From Octopus vulgaris (Eukaryota), in NCBI GenBank assembly GCA_951406725.2, contig OX597825.1, positions 57,350,001 through 57,414,000 on the forward strand: DNA of 64,000 nucleotides. Reading direction: 5' to 3'. The position numbers and the translations under genes were made by a program. Of this stretch, positions 25,893 to 39,781 are shown one piece after another (the first letter of the stretch is position 1; every line of letters begins with the position of its first letter). The notes beneath the pieces were generated by a model. The model had not been told where the DNA came from. It saw only the letters and a list, made by a program, of their open reading frames with translations, and did no database searches.

Positions 25893-26799
25893 TAGTCTTA
25901 ACTACTCAGAAAATAAATAAAGGAATTAGATGTCAACCATTGTCAACTTAACAATAAAATTAAACTGAAAGGAAATTTTTTTCTTTCTTTTGAACTGACA
26001 GTTTTATTGCAAAATTGTTTATGTATGGAAGAAATAAGTAAACTTTTCAGGCAGCCAGTAGCACCTTAGAAAATTGTAAAAAAAATATAACACTCGACGA
26101 CTCGATTCAAAAGAGTTTCTTTCTATGGCATTTTTACTCCATAACAATCTATACTGGGAGTAACTATAAGTTTCTTGCATTGTTAGTATTAACAAGGCAG
26201 TGAAGTGTTGCAAAAAGAGCCAGTGTGAATCACTATACATGTTCAGATAAAAATGGTTATGGGTGCTGTACGTATAGGTTTCATTATCGAAGCATTAGGC
26301 ACGGGTCTTGGGTCTCACATCCCGCAGCAAAATAGCTGTTAAATATGGATAGATCAATATCGACACTCGGTATAACTATTTCATTTTATTACCGACTTAA
26401 TGACTAATACTGATAAAAAAATCTTTCGATATTTAAAAACGATATGATTTTGTGCATTTCTAATTCTCCAGGGTATGATAGAGCACTGAAAATTGTGTGT
26501 AGAATAAAAGCAAACAGAAATCTTATAAATTACATTTGTCCCAACATCATCATATGAGTTTTAGGTGGAGAGACATTATCAAATCTAAATTAAGTCCGCA
26601 TCAACCCTAAATGCTCACTTAGGCATGTCCATCACTAAGGGGGGCACTTGATGGCAATGCCTCCTCACTATTCAATGGTGTGCCCTCAGATTTACAGTGA
26701 TACACTTATTTCGAAACTCCACTTTAGCATTATTACAAATCTGGCGACGGACCTGCATTCAGGTCGGAGTTTACTCCGGTTTCCGAGACGTTTCCTTTT

Positions 26800-27013
26800 G
26801 TTACTATATTTCTCTTGAAATATGCTGCTTTGTTGAAATTAATTTGGAAAATAATGAAGAATTTAATGAAATAAATGCATCTATTAAAACTGGCATTCAG
26901 AACATAAATTAATGTAAAATTTTGATGAAAGGGTTAATTTAGATCCCTTTAAAACAAGAATTTTGCATCAAAGGACCAAAGGTGATTTCGGGCAGGTTGG
27001 TATCGAAGAGGTT
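26800..27013 (-). mobile_element. Diverged copy of the piggyBac-like MITE at 35126-35354
   Basis: Reverse-complement similarity; ends GGCAGGTTGGTATCGAAGAGGTTA. Confidence 0.5.
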
Positions 27014-27269
27014 AGGCAATTGAAAGTACAAGACCCTTCGCTGAATGAGCAAGTCTTCACAAGGTTAACCCCAGCTGCTTTTGGTACTTATCTTTAACTG
27101 AGTAAACTGAACATGAAATAAAGTGACGTATAAAAGGACACAAGCCGTTACTGGGACCAAAAATCGAACCCAGAGACTTTACAATCGCGATCTGAACACC
27201 CTAACAACAAAGTCACGTGTCATCACGAAATCAAAACAAAACAGAAAGCATAATAGAAAATAAAGCTAC

Positions 27270-27290
27270 TTAATGGTGTTTCTGTCTAGT
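27270..27290 (-). CDS. Candidate 21-nt microexon
   Basis: Long pyrimidine tract, then CTACAAG|ACTAGACAGAAACACCATTAA|GTAGCT. Phase 2 to 2 (LDRNTI); weak donor. Confidence 0.2.
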   Translation of the reverse strand, partial: TRQKHH

Positions 27291-27724
27291 CTTGTAGAAT
27301 TTGTGAATAAGAGAAAGGAGCAAAGGAAAAAAGCAACACAGCAGAATAATGGATTAAATTGAATCAAAATTAAAGAACAAAAGAAAACATCATTTTCTTC
27401 TTCTTCTCTCTCTCTCTTTCTATCTCCCCCTCTCTCTCTCTCTTTTTTAAACAACCATTAAACAAAAAAAATAGTTGTTTTAAAGTCAGCTTAAACAGAG
27501 ACAAGACGAATGTTAAGTAATTATTTCCAAATGAAGATCACACAGAAAAGAATGAGAAAGAAAATGTGATTAAAACTTTATAAGACTTAGAACAAATGTG
27601 TGTTGGTATGGAACACATTGGTTGATTAAAGTATACTGATTAAATCATTAAAAATAATTAAACAAATGAGCCATTAAATCAATCAATCTGTCTATCCATT
27701 TATCTATCAGTGTATGGTGATCTT

Positions 27725-27773
<49 letters not shown>

Positions 27774-29349
27774 GCAGTTGTTAGTTACAAAGTAAGTTAT
27801 GGATCGAGAGTTTTGTATATGACTCCTAAATTTGAATTCAATTTGATCCACGAAATTCTCGGTCTTTGAATCTCTTGGTTACTTACTACCAATTAAAATT
27901 ATGCATTCACGTATTGAGTTCTATTTACTTCGTTCTATCAAATCTGTGTTTGAGCGTGGGTACTAAGATTCGGATAATAAACAATATATATCGACATTTC
28001 TTTCGAGAAATTCAGTATAACATATATTCTAAATTGTGCGCGCGTACGCGCATGTGTGATTGGAAAACCACACCTTAATCATAAGCTTCATTTAAGCATG
28101 GTTTCGACGAATGGATATCCCTCTAGAAATCAACAACTTAGCAATTTACTGGATGCATTTTATCGAGACACTTGCAAAAGAGAGACTAATGTCTTCCACT
28201 CGTTCGCCACCAGCCGTACAAAATGTACGGAACGCATTTATTTGTGACTCCAGCCCTCTACAGGTTGTCATGCTCTTGACGAGAAGATTGAAGAACTCTC
28301 GACACAACGCTGCCTCTGCTCGTTCGTCAACCACTGTATTAGTGAGTACATGACCGTCGCTAAAGCAGTGCACTGGGCCCTCAATTTTCAATGGTGCACC
28401 CTCAGATTTAGAGTGATGCACTTATTTCGAAATTCCACTAGAGCATTATTGCAAATTAGTGGCCACCCAGAATATTCTGAAGCACCCCACCAAGCACCAA
28501 AATCTGATGACGTGTCTGAGTGAGTGTACTATCTGCATTTTACCATGGTACCAACAGAGTTAAGTTGCCTTGCACTCTGCAAAAACACAAGAAAATTCTC
28601 AACTGAAAGGTGACCAGTAGAGGGGGTAGTTATGTGTGTGCTTTGGGGCTGATATGGTTGAAGATGGTGCCCCAACATGGTTGCAGTCCAATGACTGAGA
28701 CTGGTAAAAGAATAGCCTCCTCATCATTACCATCATAATTTTATATCCACTTTCCATACTGGCATGGGTTGGTTGGAACAACATGGTCCAAGTTAGCTCT
28801 TATTCAGAGTTAGCATTCTCCCAGATTGACCAAGCGACAACATCTTACTCAAAAGTTATTAACTTTGGCATGGTTCCTGTGATTGGATCCCTTTTCTATA
28901 ATGGTACCAGCACAAGAGAGGTTGTCATGTCCACAGCAAGACCTACACTGTCGTCTTTTGCTCAGCAACTTCTTTGCAGAGTGTACTGGGTGTGTTTTAT
29001 GTTAACACCTGTTCTATTGCTGTTGCTGTGTACTCTGTTAACAACAAGAGTCCTCACAGTAATACATTTATGTGCCTTCATGCAGGGTATAGTGAATGAT
29101 AATCTGGGGAGAAGAGAAAGCAATTGCAGAAGATCTAAAATGAAAGAAGCATAAGTATGATAACAGTAGCAGGATGATTGAGATGACAGCTGGAAGAGGA
29201 AAGAGGACAGGAGGGGACTGAGCTACAAGGAGTAATGAAAGAGACAGGATTGGCAGGATGTAATGAAATAGTAACACAAGTAATCATGGGAGAAAGTAAT
29301 GGATAGTCAGTCATAAAATGACTAATGATAGGAGTTGTGGCACTCTGTT

Positions 29350-29711
29350 GGTTATGACAATGGATCTCCTCAAGAACTACGTTAAGGATAAATATGTCTG
29401 TGGAGTGCTCAGCCACTTGCATGTTAATTTCACAAGCAGGCTGTTCCCTTGATCTCGGGGAGATTCATCGTGACACAGAATGTGGAAAGGCTGGGCCTTT
29501 GAAATATAGGTACAACAGAAATAGGAAGAAAGAACGAGAGAAAGTTGTGGTGAAAGAGCACAGCAAGGTTCACCACCCACCCTGCTGGAGCCTCGTGGAA
29601 CTTTAGGTGTTTTCACACAATAAACACTCACAATGCCTGATCTGGGAATCGAAACCGCAATCCTTTGACCGTGAGTCCGCTGCCCTAACCACTGGGCCTT
29701 TGAGCCTCCAC
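29350..29711 (-). mobile_element. tRNA-derived SINE, family B
   Basis: Minus head GTGGAGGCTCAAAGGCCCAGTGGTTAGGGCAGCGGACTC...GGTTTCGATTCCC, as at 32949 and 57146. Confidence 0.85.
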
Positions 29712-29937
29712 AATGATAGGAGTATGATAGATGTGTACTGAATGACCTAAAGAAGAAGAAATGGAGACTAGCAATATTGGAATTTAATATTAGCTGATAA
29801 GAGAGGACATGGACAGCCAAGATGGCAAAGTGACTGACGGAAACCTGGAGGAGTGAGTGAAAGTTGGTGGGATGTATTGGATGCAAAACAATCTCTTGGT
29901 ATTATGGAGGGGGCAACATTAATGGTAACTATATATT

Positions 29938-30152
29938 GATTTCAAATTTTGGCACAAAACCGGCAATTTCAAGGGAGGGGGCAAGTTAGTTACATCGACC
30001 CCAGTACTCAACTGGTACTTATTTTATTGATCCTGAAAGGATGAAAGGCATAAGTTGACCTCAGCAGCATTTGAACTCAGAATGTAAAGAGTAGTAAAAT
30101 GCTATTAAACATTTTGCCCAGTGAGCTGACAATTCTGCCAGCTCACCACCTT
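29938..30152 (-). mobile_element. SINE family C (older subfamily)
   Basis: GGTGAGCTGGCAGAATT head and GCCTTTCATCCTTTC core. Confidence 0.8.
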
Positions 30153-30295
30153 AATAGTAACAATATATTAATTAATTGGCAGAGAGGAAGTGTCAGATCC
30201 CAACAGGTTCAATACAATGTTTTGCTACTCCAGCACCATGATAACAGGGAGACACTAAATGGGGAGGTAAGAGATCAATGGTGAATAGTGAGGGC

Positions 30296-30514
30296 TATGA
30301 AGGGGCACTGAAAAGTTCTTGGCTTTGGGTAAAAGAAAATACAGGAGGGTCAGTTCATTATGATTTTATTCAACATATTCCCTTCTCAGATTCATACAAT
30401 TATTGCAACGGTCCTTCAGTTTTTCTAGCCCTTAAAAGAACTCAGAAAGTTGGGCCTTCAACTGGGTCTTTCACTACACTCTTAAAGCCAGAAACTTTTC
30501 AATAACCCCTTGTA
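30296..30514. mobile_element. Mariner-type MITE
   Basis: TA-TGAAGGGGCACTGAAAAGTTCTTGGCTTT ... AAAGCCAGAAACTTTTCAATAACCCCTTG-TA. Confidence 0.8.
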
Positions 30515-30714
30515 TAACATCTTTTATCACTCAGCAACATGATGGGAGGAAGAAAGGACTAAGGAGACACAGATGGTGGTAAAGGTGGGGGACTGAGTTT
30601 GGGTAGATCAAGTGAGTCTCTCATTTCATGGATGGCAAGGTACTGAGAATGGGAGAGAGGGCAGTAGAGAGATAACAAGGTATCAGAATTGTAAGAGAGA
30701 GAATCAGTTTGTTG

Positions 30715-31560
30715 CCAGCAGAAGTGATAGTGCCCTGAACCTTTCCCACTCAATTCATATTCTAGCTACTACACTTTCAGAACATCTACTCCCATCACTA
30801 ATAAGGTCACCCAGATAATGGAAGCAATTAACAACTTCAAGGGAGCTTTCTGCACATCATGGGAGAGTCTATTTTGCATGTATTCTTATTTCTTTACCAC
30901 TGTATACCTGACACATATGAGATCTACCTTCTCTGCCTATGATTCCACAGCACCTCCTGTGTGTCCACTGCTTACTTTGGGCAAACCATATGAAATTTCT
31001 ACCTACTCCTTTCCTAAATACTGATTATGGTTGCTTCCCCTGATAATAACTTAGTCTAGTCTTCTTTCCTGTTCACTAAAACTTTAATACTAAATTGCTA
31101 AATTTACTTCAAGGCTTTCAGTTCCTGGTTTATTTCCATATCTGCAATCTTTTCTTCAATTCTTCTACAGATTCTACTATAAGAACTTGGTCATCTACAA
31201 ATGAGAGTTCCTATGGACAGCTGAACTTAAACTCACTTCTTATGTAATAGAGGACTATAATAAAAATGTGTGTGCAAATGAGAGCCCAAGGACCTCTATC
31301 TATATGCAGAATTGGTTATTGAGCTCATTGCTAACTCTCACAAACCATTCATCAAACCCTTAGCTTCTCAGTAACCATTAGATGACAAACAAAGGACTCT
31401 GTCAAAGGCTTTCTCCAGACCAATGAATACTTAGTAATAGGGGCTTACTCTTAAGGAAAAGACTTCTGTCTCACTGGCAATATGGCATTGGTGGTACCAC
31501 ATCTTGGTACAAAGTCGAATCATATTTCATCCAAGCTAACCCTGTTCCAAATCCATTTTG
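30715..31560 (-). mobile_element. RTE-clade LINE, decayed RT fragment
   Basis: Minus-strand ELSFVDDQVL (YADD-equivalent), a Cys-rich insert (W..RRC) and CSESVVARI..W..FR.L..LL. Confidence 0.65.
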
Positions 31561-32683
31561 CAAATGAGTGACCTGAACCAACAATTTGATGCCTTTATCG
31601 TTTATTCTCTCTAGTGCATCTCTATTGCCTTAGAACAGTTTATTATGTTTACCTTCCTGTACTACAGGACTGACTAGCACTAAAGAGACTGGCATGTCCT
31701 CGATAAGACTAAGGGATCATTTATTTCAACCCTACGTTTTACAGAGTCTAATAAGAGTATTTTATCAAGGCACCAGCCTTGAGGTTACTGTGTCCTTGAC
31801 AATGTTAAAGGACCCTATAGATATCACAACTTGACTCATTTGACATCTGCTTCACAGAATGCCCTGCTTGCACAGGTTTATAGTGTTACTGACAATAGTG
31901 GGGTTGCCTCAGTCCTGAAAACTAGAGTCCTCACTACTATGTAGCTAAGGAATTAAATAGAAGAGACAGTGATGACAGAAGAACCAGAATGGATGGAAGA
32001 GGGGAAGAAGAGAGAGATGGTATAGACAGGATGATTGAGATGAGAGGGTCACAGAAGGGGCCACAGAGCGAGGGAGGGATGCTAATAAGGATGGGTAAAG
32101 GGCAAAAATCAGCAATGAATGTCAGTGCATTGGAGGCATGATTGTTTATCAACCACTTTACAAAGTGCACTGGGTACATCAGGGAGGATCTAGAGAAAGG
32201 GCTAGTTTAGCAACCACTGGGTGCATTATTTTATAGTATTACTACAAGAAGGGGTCTCTTGTACCTCAAAAGAGCTGAAGGCACTAAGTACTCAGGGACA
32301 TGTACATACACTGAAGGCAACGTGGCCAAGGAAGTGAGAGAGAGAGAGAAGACTGAAGAACAGTGCTGATAGGACCAGGATGTGGATGAACAGAGCAAGA
32401 GTATTGATGGCAGAAACAGGATGATTAGGGAAGTAAAGTAATTACTAACAGTATAGATGTGGTGAAGGGAGACTGTATTGGCTATTATACAGTCCATTTC
32501 AGTTTCTTACACAAACATCAAGAAGGGAAAGAGAAATAGTGAATAGGATGATGGTAGAGGATAAATTGTGGGTGGGTCTCATACAGTGGTATGGGATGAG
32601 TGACAGAGAGCTGAATATTAGAGAATGACAAGAAAAATGAGTGAGAGATGGGAGGGGAAGCAACAGCAGTAGATTTGAAAGGT

Positions 32684-32832
32684 GCAGGTGTGGCTGAGAA
32701 ATCTGCTTCCTAACCATATGGTTTGGGATCAATCCACAGTGTGGCACCTTGGACAATTATCTTCAACTATAACTCTGAGCCAGCCAAAGCTTTGTAAGTG
32801 GATTTGGTAGATGGAAACTGAAAGAAGCCTGT
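32684..32832 (+). mobile_element. Diverged family A SINE 5' half
   Basis: GTGGCACCTTGGACAA...GTGGATTTGGTAGATGGAAACTGAAAGAAGCC. Confidence 0.75.
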
Positions 32833-32867
32833 AGTGTGTCCGTTTGCATGTGTGTGTGTGTAAATAC

Positions 32868-32948
<81 letters not shown>

Positions 32949-32951
<3 letters not shown>

Positions 32952-33256
32952 GAGGCGCAATGGCCCAGTGGTTAGGGCAGTGGACTCGCGGTCGTAGGCA
33001 CCGCGGTTTCGATTTTCAGACCGGGCGTTGTGAGTGTTTATTGAGTGAAAACACCTAAAACCTCCACGAGGCTCTGGCAGGAGGTGGTGATCCCTGCTGT
33101 ACTCTTTCACTACTCTTTCTCTCTCTCTTTCTTCTGTTGGCCTGCTTGCTTAGCCAGCAGTGTGGCGTCATTCGAAGGCTAAAACAATGCGAACGCATTG
33201 TGACCAGCGATGTGTAAAACATCTGATGGTCTGGTCAGTCACGTGATCACGTGATA
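32949..33256 (+). mobile_element. SINE family B
   Basis: tRNA-like head TGGCCCAGTGG / GGTTTCGATT; tail ends CACGTGATCACGTGATA. Confidence 0.88.
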
Positions 33257-34834
33257 TACACACACACACATAACATCCCAGTCTCAGACAGTCTCTCCCA
33301 CCCCTTGGAACTGTTTCCATTCTTCATAATCCCTATCCACACTAATTCAACCAATAATATTCTTTCTGTGCCTTCAATCACTGTTCTCTCTCTCTCTCTC
33401 TCTCTCCTGCCTCTGCTATACTCCACTCTAAACACCTCTCTTATCTGCTCTCAGTCTCAATACCCTTCCACCTCTACAACCATGACCCACCTACTCTCGC
33501 CCCTTGTATGTCCCTATAATTCCTTCTCCACAGCTGCTACACATTGCACATCATCCCACACCTTCTGTTCTATTCGCCTTCCTTAGCCACTCCTACCTCC
33601 CACCTTATTCTCTTTGCATACTAGTATTTCCCATCATCTGCACCTACACCCTTGTTCGGCGCTCATTAAATTAACCTCTGTCTCCACCTCTTTACTGCCT
33701 TGCACATGCTCATATGAAAGCATCTACTCTCATCTCTCATGATTCACAATCCCATCTGTGTCCGCTTTGTGAATTTACTCTAGTACTACCATCACTACCT
33801 TCCACTATCTTCTTCAATTGTGTATCTCTTCTATAGCTAGACACCTGTGCTTGTCCCTCTATCTACTCTGATCTTTCAATACTTGGTACACAGCCACCTA
33901 TCTCTACCTTCCCCTCTCAAATACTTCCCCTTAGTAGTGGGCACTTTTTCTCTGTTCTTTACTGTCTTTCAAGTTACTAACTAACTACTACTAACTAACT
34001 AACTAACATGACAACTTCACAAGTGGCGGTACCTCAAAAAAAAAAAAAAAAAAGCACCAAATATATGTTGTAAAGTTGTTGGCATTAGGAAGGACATCCA
34101 GGTGTTGAATCACACCAAAGATGACACTGAAGCTCACTGGTTTCCTGTCAAAAAGTCCTACCCATTCCAGCTTGGAAAGCAGATGTTAAATGATGATGAT
34201 GAAATACATCACCATGATCATGATTGTGATCATCATTTAACATCTATTGTCCATACTGGATTGAGTTGTACGGTCTGACAGGAGGCTGGCCTGCTGAAGA
34301 GCTGTCCAGGGTCCATGTGTGTTTTGGCATTGGTTTCCACAGCTGGATGCCTTTCCTAACTCTAACCACTTAACAGAGTGTGCTGGGTGCTTTTATGTAG
34401 TACTGGCACAGGTGCTCTTACACGGCACCAGCATGGGCGTTTTTTACATGGCACCAGCACCCACGAGGCCACAAGATTAGGATTGCTTAGCTGAAGATGG
34501 ATGCAGGGGACACACCTGTATGCAAGGATAACCACAATTTTACTTAGTTCGATGTTTTTTCTTAAGCACAGCAAACTGCATATGAATGTATATGTGTATG
34601 AAAGTGTCTCCTAGTCTTGACTTTGTATGACAGCAGCAAATGAGCATCACCATGTCACAGGGAAATATTACACTTGGAAAAGCAAGTGAAGGTCAGTGAT
34701 AGGAAGAGCATCCAGCTGTAGAAAATTTGCTTTGATCAATTCTGCCCAACCAATGACAGTATGGAAAAGTGAACATTAAAGTGATGATAATGATAACTAC
34801 TCCTTAGATCCATCATGGTGTCCGATGCTGCTTT

Positions 34835-35072
34835 TTAACCCTTTAGTGTTTAAATAATTCTGTTAAATGTAATACTTCTTCATTCAAATTCATCATCATC
34901 AACTTGAATTAATCATGCATTATCTTATAGCTTTGAGGTTTCAATAACGTCACAATTTATTTTTAGAGTGTCAATGTAAGGTAGGTGTGAAAGGCTAGAT
35001 ATCGCCAGTTTGAATATAAAACATGTAGAATATTTGAGCCGGATATGGCCAGTTCAAACACTAAAAGGTTAA
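34835..35072. mobile_element. piggyBac-like MITE
   Basis: TTAA-CCCTTTAGTGTTT ... AAACACTAAAAGG-TTAA. An inverted relative lies at ~50739-50966. Confidence 0.75.
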
Positions 35073-35125
35073 ACCACACAATGTATTGAAAAGACACCCA
35101 CATAGATTGCATATGATTTGGACCA

Positions 35126-35354
35126 TTAACCCTTTTGTTACCAACCCGGCTGAAACCAGCTCTGGCTCTGAGTACAAATGTTTTGTTTTCAAAATTTTTG
35201 AACAAAAATCTTCCACTAAACCTTAGTTTACAATTTATGTTCCTTACACTAGCTGAATGATAACTAAGTTATTTTACTAAATTCTTTGTTATATTTAAAG
35301 TAATTGAAAGAAGCACAGAGTATCTCAAAATAAATACAGTAACAAAAGGGTTAA
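35126..35354. mobile_element. piggyBac-like MITE (second family)
   Basis: TTAA-CCCTTTTGTTAC ... GTAACAAAAGGG-TTAA. Confidence 0.85.
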
Positions 35355-35780
35355 GAGCTGCAGTTAAGTTCTTATTTTTGTAGATCTTAAAATGTCTTTT
35401 GGAGCCTCTGTTATATTTGCAGACCTTATGGCATACACAGCATTGAAAGGTGTGCACAGACAGATATGTAGGCAGAATAGTTGGTGGTGGTTCATTTTTC
35501 ATGATTCCACAAATGAGATTTGAGCTCAGCAAAAGAAAGGCATGGCTACACAAACTGTGAACCCAAAGAGGTCATTGAGATTCACCTTCTCAATTGCAAC
35601 AGTCTTCTTTAAAACTCCCTTGAGTTTTGCCTGTGTTATCCTGGCCTCCTCCAACACTTTCATTCCACTCCACACTTTTGTTTGCCGTCCAGCTTAATCA
35701 GAAGCAAGGGTTTCTTTGGCCTTTGGATCCATTCCATGTGACTTCTTGATAGTCCTTATGCCGTCCTTAAACCTCTTTTT
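35355..35780 (-). mobile_element. RTE-like LINE 3' end with C2H2-like finger remnant
   Basis: KRFKDGIRT...ETLASD and FQCCVCHKVCKYNRGSKRHFKI. Confidence 0.6.
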
Positions 35781-35787
35781 ATATATT

Positions 35788-36164
35788 TTCTTTTATTCTT
35801 TTACTTGTATATATTAGAATGCGGCCATGTTGGAGCACCACCTTTTAGTTGAAGAAATCAACCCTAAGACTTATTCTTTGCAAGCCTGTGCTTATTCTAT
35901 CAGTCTCTTCTGTTGAACTGTTAAGTTACAGGGACGTAAACACACCAGCATCGGTAATCAAGCGATGGTGGAGGTGGTGAAGGGGGGACAAACACAGATG
36001 CATAAATATATACATATATATGATGGGCTTCTTTCAGCTTTCACCCACCAAATCCACTCAAGGCTTTGGTCAGCCTGAGGCTAGAGTAGAAGACACTTGC
36101 CCAAGTGGGACTGAACCTGGAAGCATGTGGTTGGGAAGCAAGCTTCTTACCACACAGCCATGCC

Positions 36165-36215
<51 letters not shown>

Positions 36216-36583
36216 CTCTTTTACTCTTTTACTTGTTTCAGTCATTTCACTGTGGCCATGCTGGAGCACCACCTTTAGTTGAACAAATCAACCCAGGACT
36301 TATTCTTTGTAAACTTAGCACTTATTCTATCAGTCTCTTTTGCCAACCCACTAAGTTACAGGGATGTAAACACACTAGCATCAGTTGTCAAGCGATGGGG
36401 GGGGGGGGGGAACAAACACAGACACACACACATGACAGGCTTCTTTCAGTTTCTGTCGACCAAATCCACTCACAGCCTGAGGCTATAGTAGAAGGCACTT
36501 GCCCAAGGTGCCATGCTGTGTGGCTGAACCCAGAACCATGTGGTTTGGAAGCAAGCTTCTTACCACACAGCCACTCCTGCACC
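35788..36583 (-). mobile_element. Two tandem family A SINEs (35788-36164, 36213-36583)
   Basis: Both match the family A consensus and are separated by (TA)n. Confidence 0.88.
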
Positions 36584-36684
36584 TTATACAATCCTAGCTG
36601 TCTCATCTAAGGCGAGGACCATGTACTGCAATAGCTTGGAATTCAAGGGCCCACAGCTACAATATATATATATATATATATATA

Positions 36685-36880
36685 AAGTTAATCCAAACAA
36701 GAAAGCACAAAAAAACACAACAATGCGAGGACGTGGAACAAATATAGTATTATTGGATGCTCAGGAAAGAAGGAGGGTTTAACGTTTCGAGCGGAGCTCT
36801 TCGTTGGAAACATAGAAGGAAAGATCCAGAGAAGGGAAGACAGAGGAAAAAAAAACGCCAACAGTACACACAAGGTCACA
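36685..36880 (-). repeat. Penelope pLTR-like fragment with a degenerate minimal hammerhead
   Basis: Minus CCAACGA-A-GAGC-TCC-GCTC-GAAAC at ~36783-36807. Confidence 0.45.
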
Positions 36881-37112
36881 TTTTGAATATAAAGAAAGTA
36901 GGAATGAAAACATCCAATCATTCACTGGCTCCGTTGTTCAATACCCAATTTTGTAGAGAAAAGCCTTACAATCCACATGGGTAGAAAAGAGAGATATACA
37001 ATTGTCAATTCAAAAATTATAATTAATTAACATAATATTATATTATATTCTTATAATAATATAATATAATAAATATTAAATACAAATTACATACAATTGT
37101 TTTGATTCCTAC

Positions 37113-37522
37113 CTCTCTTTTACTCTTTTACTTGTTTCAGTCATTTGACTGCGGCCATGCTGGAGCACCGCCTTTAGTCAAGCAAATCGACCCCGGGCAC
37201 TTATTCTTTGTAAGCCCAGTACTTATTCTATCGGTCTCTATTGCTGAACTGCTAAGTGACGGGGATGTAAACACACCAGCATCGGTTGTCAAGGAATGCT
37301 AGGGGGACAAATAGACACACAAACACATACACACACACATATATATATATACATATATACGACAGGCTTCTTTCAGTTTTCATCTACCAAATCCACTCAC
37401 AAGGCATTGGTCGGCCCGGGGCTATAGCAGAAGACACTTGCCCAAGATGCCATGCAGTGGGACTGAACCCGGAACCATGTGGTTGGTAAGCAAGCTACTT
37501 ACCACACAGCCACTCCTGCACC
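37113..37522 (-). mobile_element. SINE family A
   Basis: Full-length copy. Confidence 0.9.
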
Positions 37523-38212
37523 TATATATATATGTATATAACCTAACCACTAAACCACACACCTTCATATATGTACATACACATACATATAACTCATTCT
37601 TCCTCATTGGTTGAATGCATGGTTAGGTATTTTCTGTGATTTTCCTCCAGCACTACATATTGTTAATCAACAGAAGGACCTTCCCTACACAACACATTCT
37701 GCAGTTCTTAACACTCTTCTCCTATCTTTCATAATAACTCCCAGCATTACACTTTCTCTTTCCCTTTCCCCTCTCCTTCATTACACCCACCACACCACTG
37801 CCAGTTATCACTCATTCCCCTACTACCTTTTCATAATCCCAGTTCCCCCCAATGTACTTTTAGCATCACTTCCCCTCCCCACCGCCCCGGTTATTCACCT
37901 TCTCAATTGTAAGGGTTCTCTAGACTTGTGAGTAACAAGGCAACTTTACTAGTGGCAGTGCATTAAGATGGGCATCCAGTTATAAGGAGCAAGCCAAAAA
38001 TGAAACTTGCAAGGGAGATGTGGTCCTTTGAGATATCAAAGAGAGCAGCAAAGTCCCATTTAACCCATGCCAGCATAGAAAGCTAACGTAAAATGCTGCA
38101 GCTGCCATATATACATGCGTACATATGTGTGTGTGTGTGGATAAATGGATGGATAGATGGATATATACTGCTATGAGTATAAAACCTGTATTATACATAT
38201 ATCCTATATATG

Positions 38213-38438
38213 ACGTGAAGGCGTGTGACCTAGTGGATATGCTGTTGCACACACTATTGCTGGATCGTGGGTTCAATTCCCAGACCGGACAGTGCATTGT
38301 GTTCCTGAGCAAAGCACTTCATTTCACATTGCTCCAGTCTTCCTTTTGATTAGGGACAATGTTGGCATTCTCGCCTACCCTATCCAAAAGCTAAAACAAA
38401 GTAAAGTGCATTGTAACCAGTCATGTGATCACGTGATA
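38213..38438 (+). mobile_element. tRNA-derived SINE
   Basis: TGACCTAGTGG / GGTTCAATTCCC boxes; tail GTGATCACGTGATA. Confidence 0.75.
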
Positions 38439-38446
38439 TACATGTG

Positions 38447-38538
<92 letters not shown>

Positions 38539-38540
<2 letters not shown>

Positions 38541-38870
38541 CTTTTATTTGTTTGTCATTTGACTGTGGCCATGTTGGAGCACCACCTTTAGTCAAACAAA
38601 CTGACTCCAAGACTTATTCTTTGTAAGCCTAGTACTTATTCTATTGGCCTCTTTTGCTGAACTGCTAAGTTACAGGGATTTAAACACACCAACATCAGTT
38701 GTCAAACAATGGTGGGGGTCAAACACAGACACACAAACATATACATATATATACAACGGACTTCTTTCAGCTTCCGTCTACCAAATCCACTCACAAGGCT
38801 TTGGTTGGCCTGAAGCTATAGTAGAAAACACTTGCCCAAGGTGTCATGTAGTGGAACTGATCCTGGAATC
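38539..38870 (-). mobile_element. SINE family A, head truncated or rearranged
   Basis: Body matches the consensus; followed by a repeated internal piece (TCAAGCGATGGTGG...). Confidence 0.8.
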
Positions 38871-39781
38871 AAGCGATGGTGGATGGACAAACAAACATAC
38901 AAATACAGACACACATACATATATATGTATATATATATACATATATATACACACATCCGATTGTGGCCATTGCCAGCCACACCTGGCCTCCATGCCAGTG
39001 GCATGTAAAAAGCACCATCCGATCGTGGCCGTTTGCCAGCCTCGTCTGGCACCTGTAAAAAGCACCCACTACACCCACGGAGTAGTTGGCATTAGGAAGG
39101 GCATCAAGCTGTTGAAACATTGCCAGATCAGACTGGGCCTGGTGCAGCCTTCTGGCTTCCCAGACCCCACTTGAACCGTCCAACCCATGCTAACATGGAA
39201 AGCAGACGCTAAAAGATGATGATGCCGATGACATATATATATATATATATATACACATACAAATTGAAGGAGTGGAACAGGTAAAACCCAGGCTACATGT
39301 TTCCAAGCTAGCAGATTCTCTGATGTAATAATTACTCAAGGAGGGGTACTAAGCTAGCCATTCATCAGGCCAAAGATACCTCAATTATATGAAGGTTACT
39401 TTGTCATTTAGGAATCCCAAGTCAACTCATCAAAGATGTGCTGCCTTATACACATACACACACAATATTAAATATATGGGGAAAAGGACAACAAAAACCA
39501 AAGCAGGACAAGTATCCTTCCTTGGTTTTTGTTGTCTTTTTTCCTCTAATACATACTTGCTAACTCAGAAGCCTACTATAGATCCTTAGCTCCAGCCCCA
39601 GCTGTGAACTTAGAACCTAACAGATGACCAATTATAGCACTTACACAGCGTACCTATCCGTTTAGATCACCAGTGAACTAAACCCCTCATATTCTATATA
39701 TATATATATATATAGGGAAAAGATGCACTCGTATATCTGTCAGCAGAGTGGGTATTTTATCCGAAAGGTATAGTATTAAGC

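Noticed and set aside
32949-33030. tRNA gene (also 57146 and the family A/C heads)
   Set aside because: A/B boxes are present but there is no complete cloverleaf, and the sequence continues into a SINE body.
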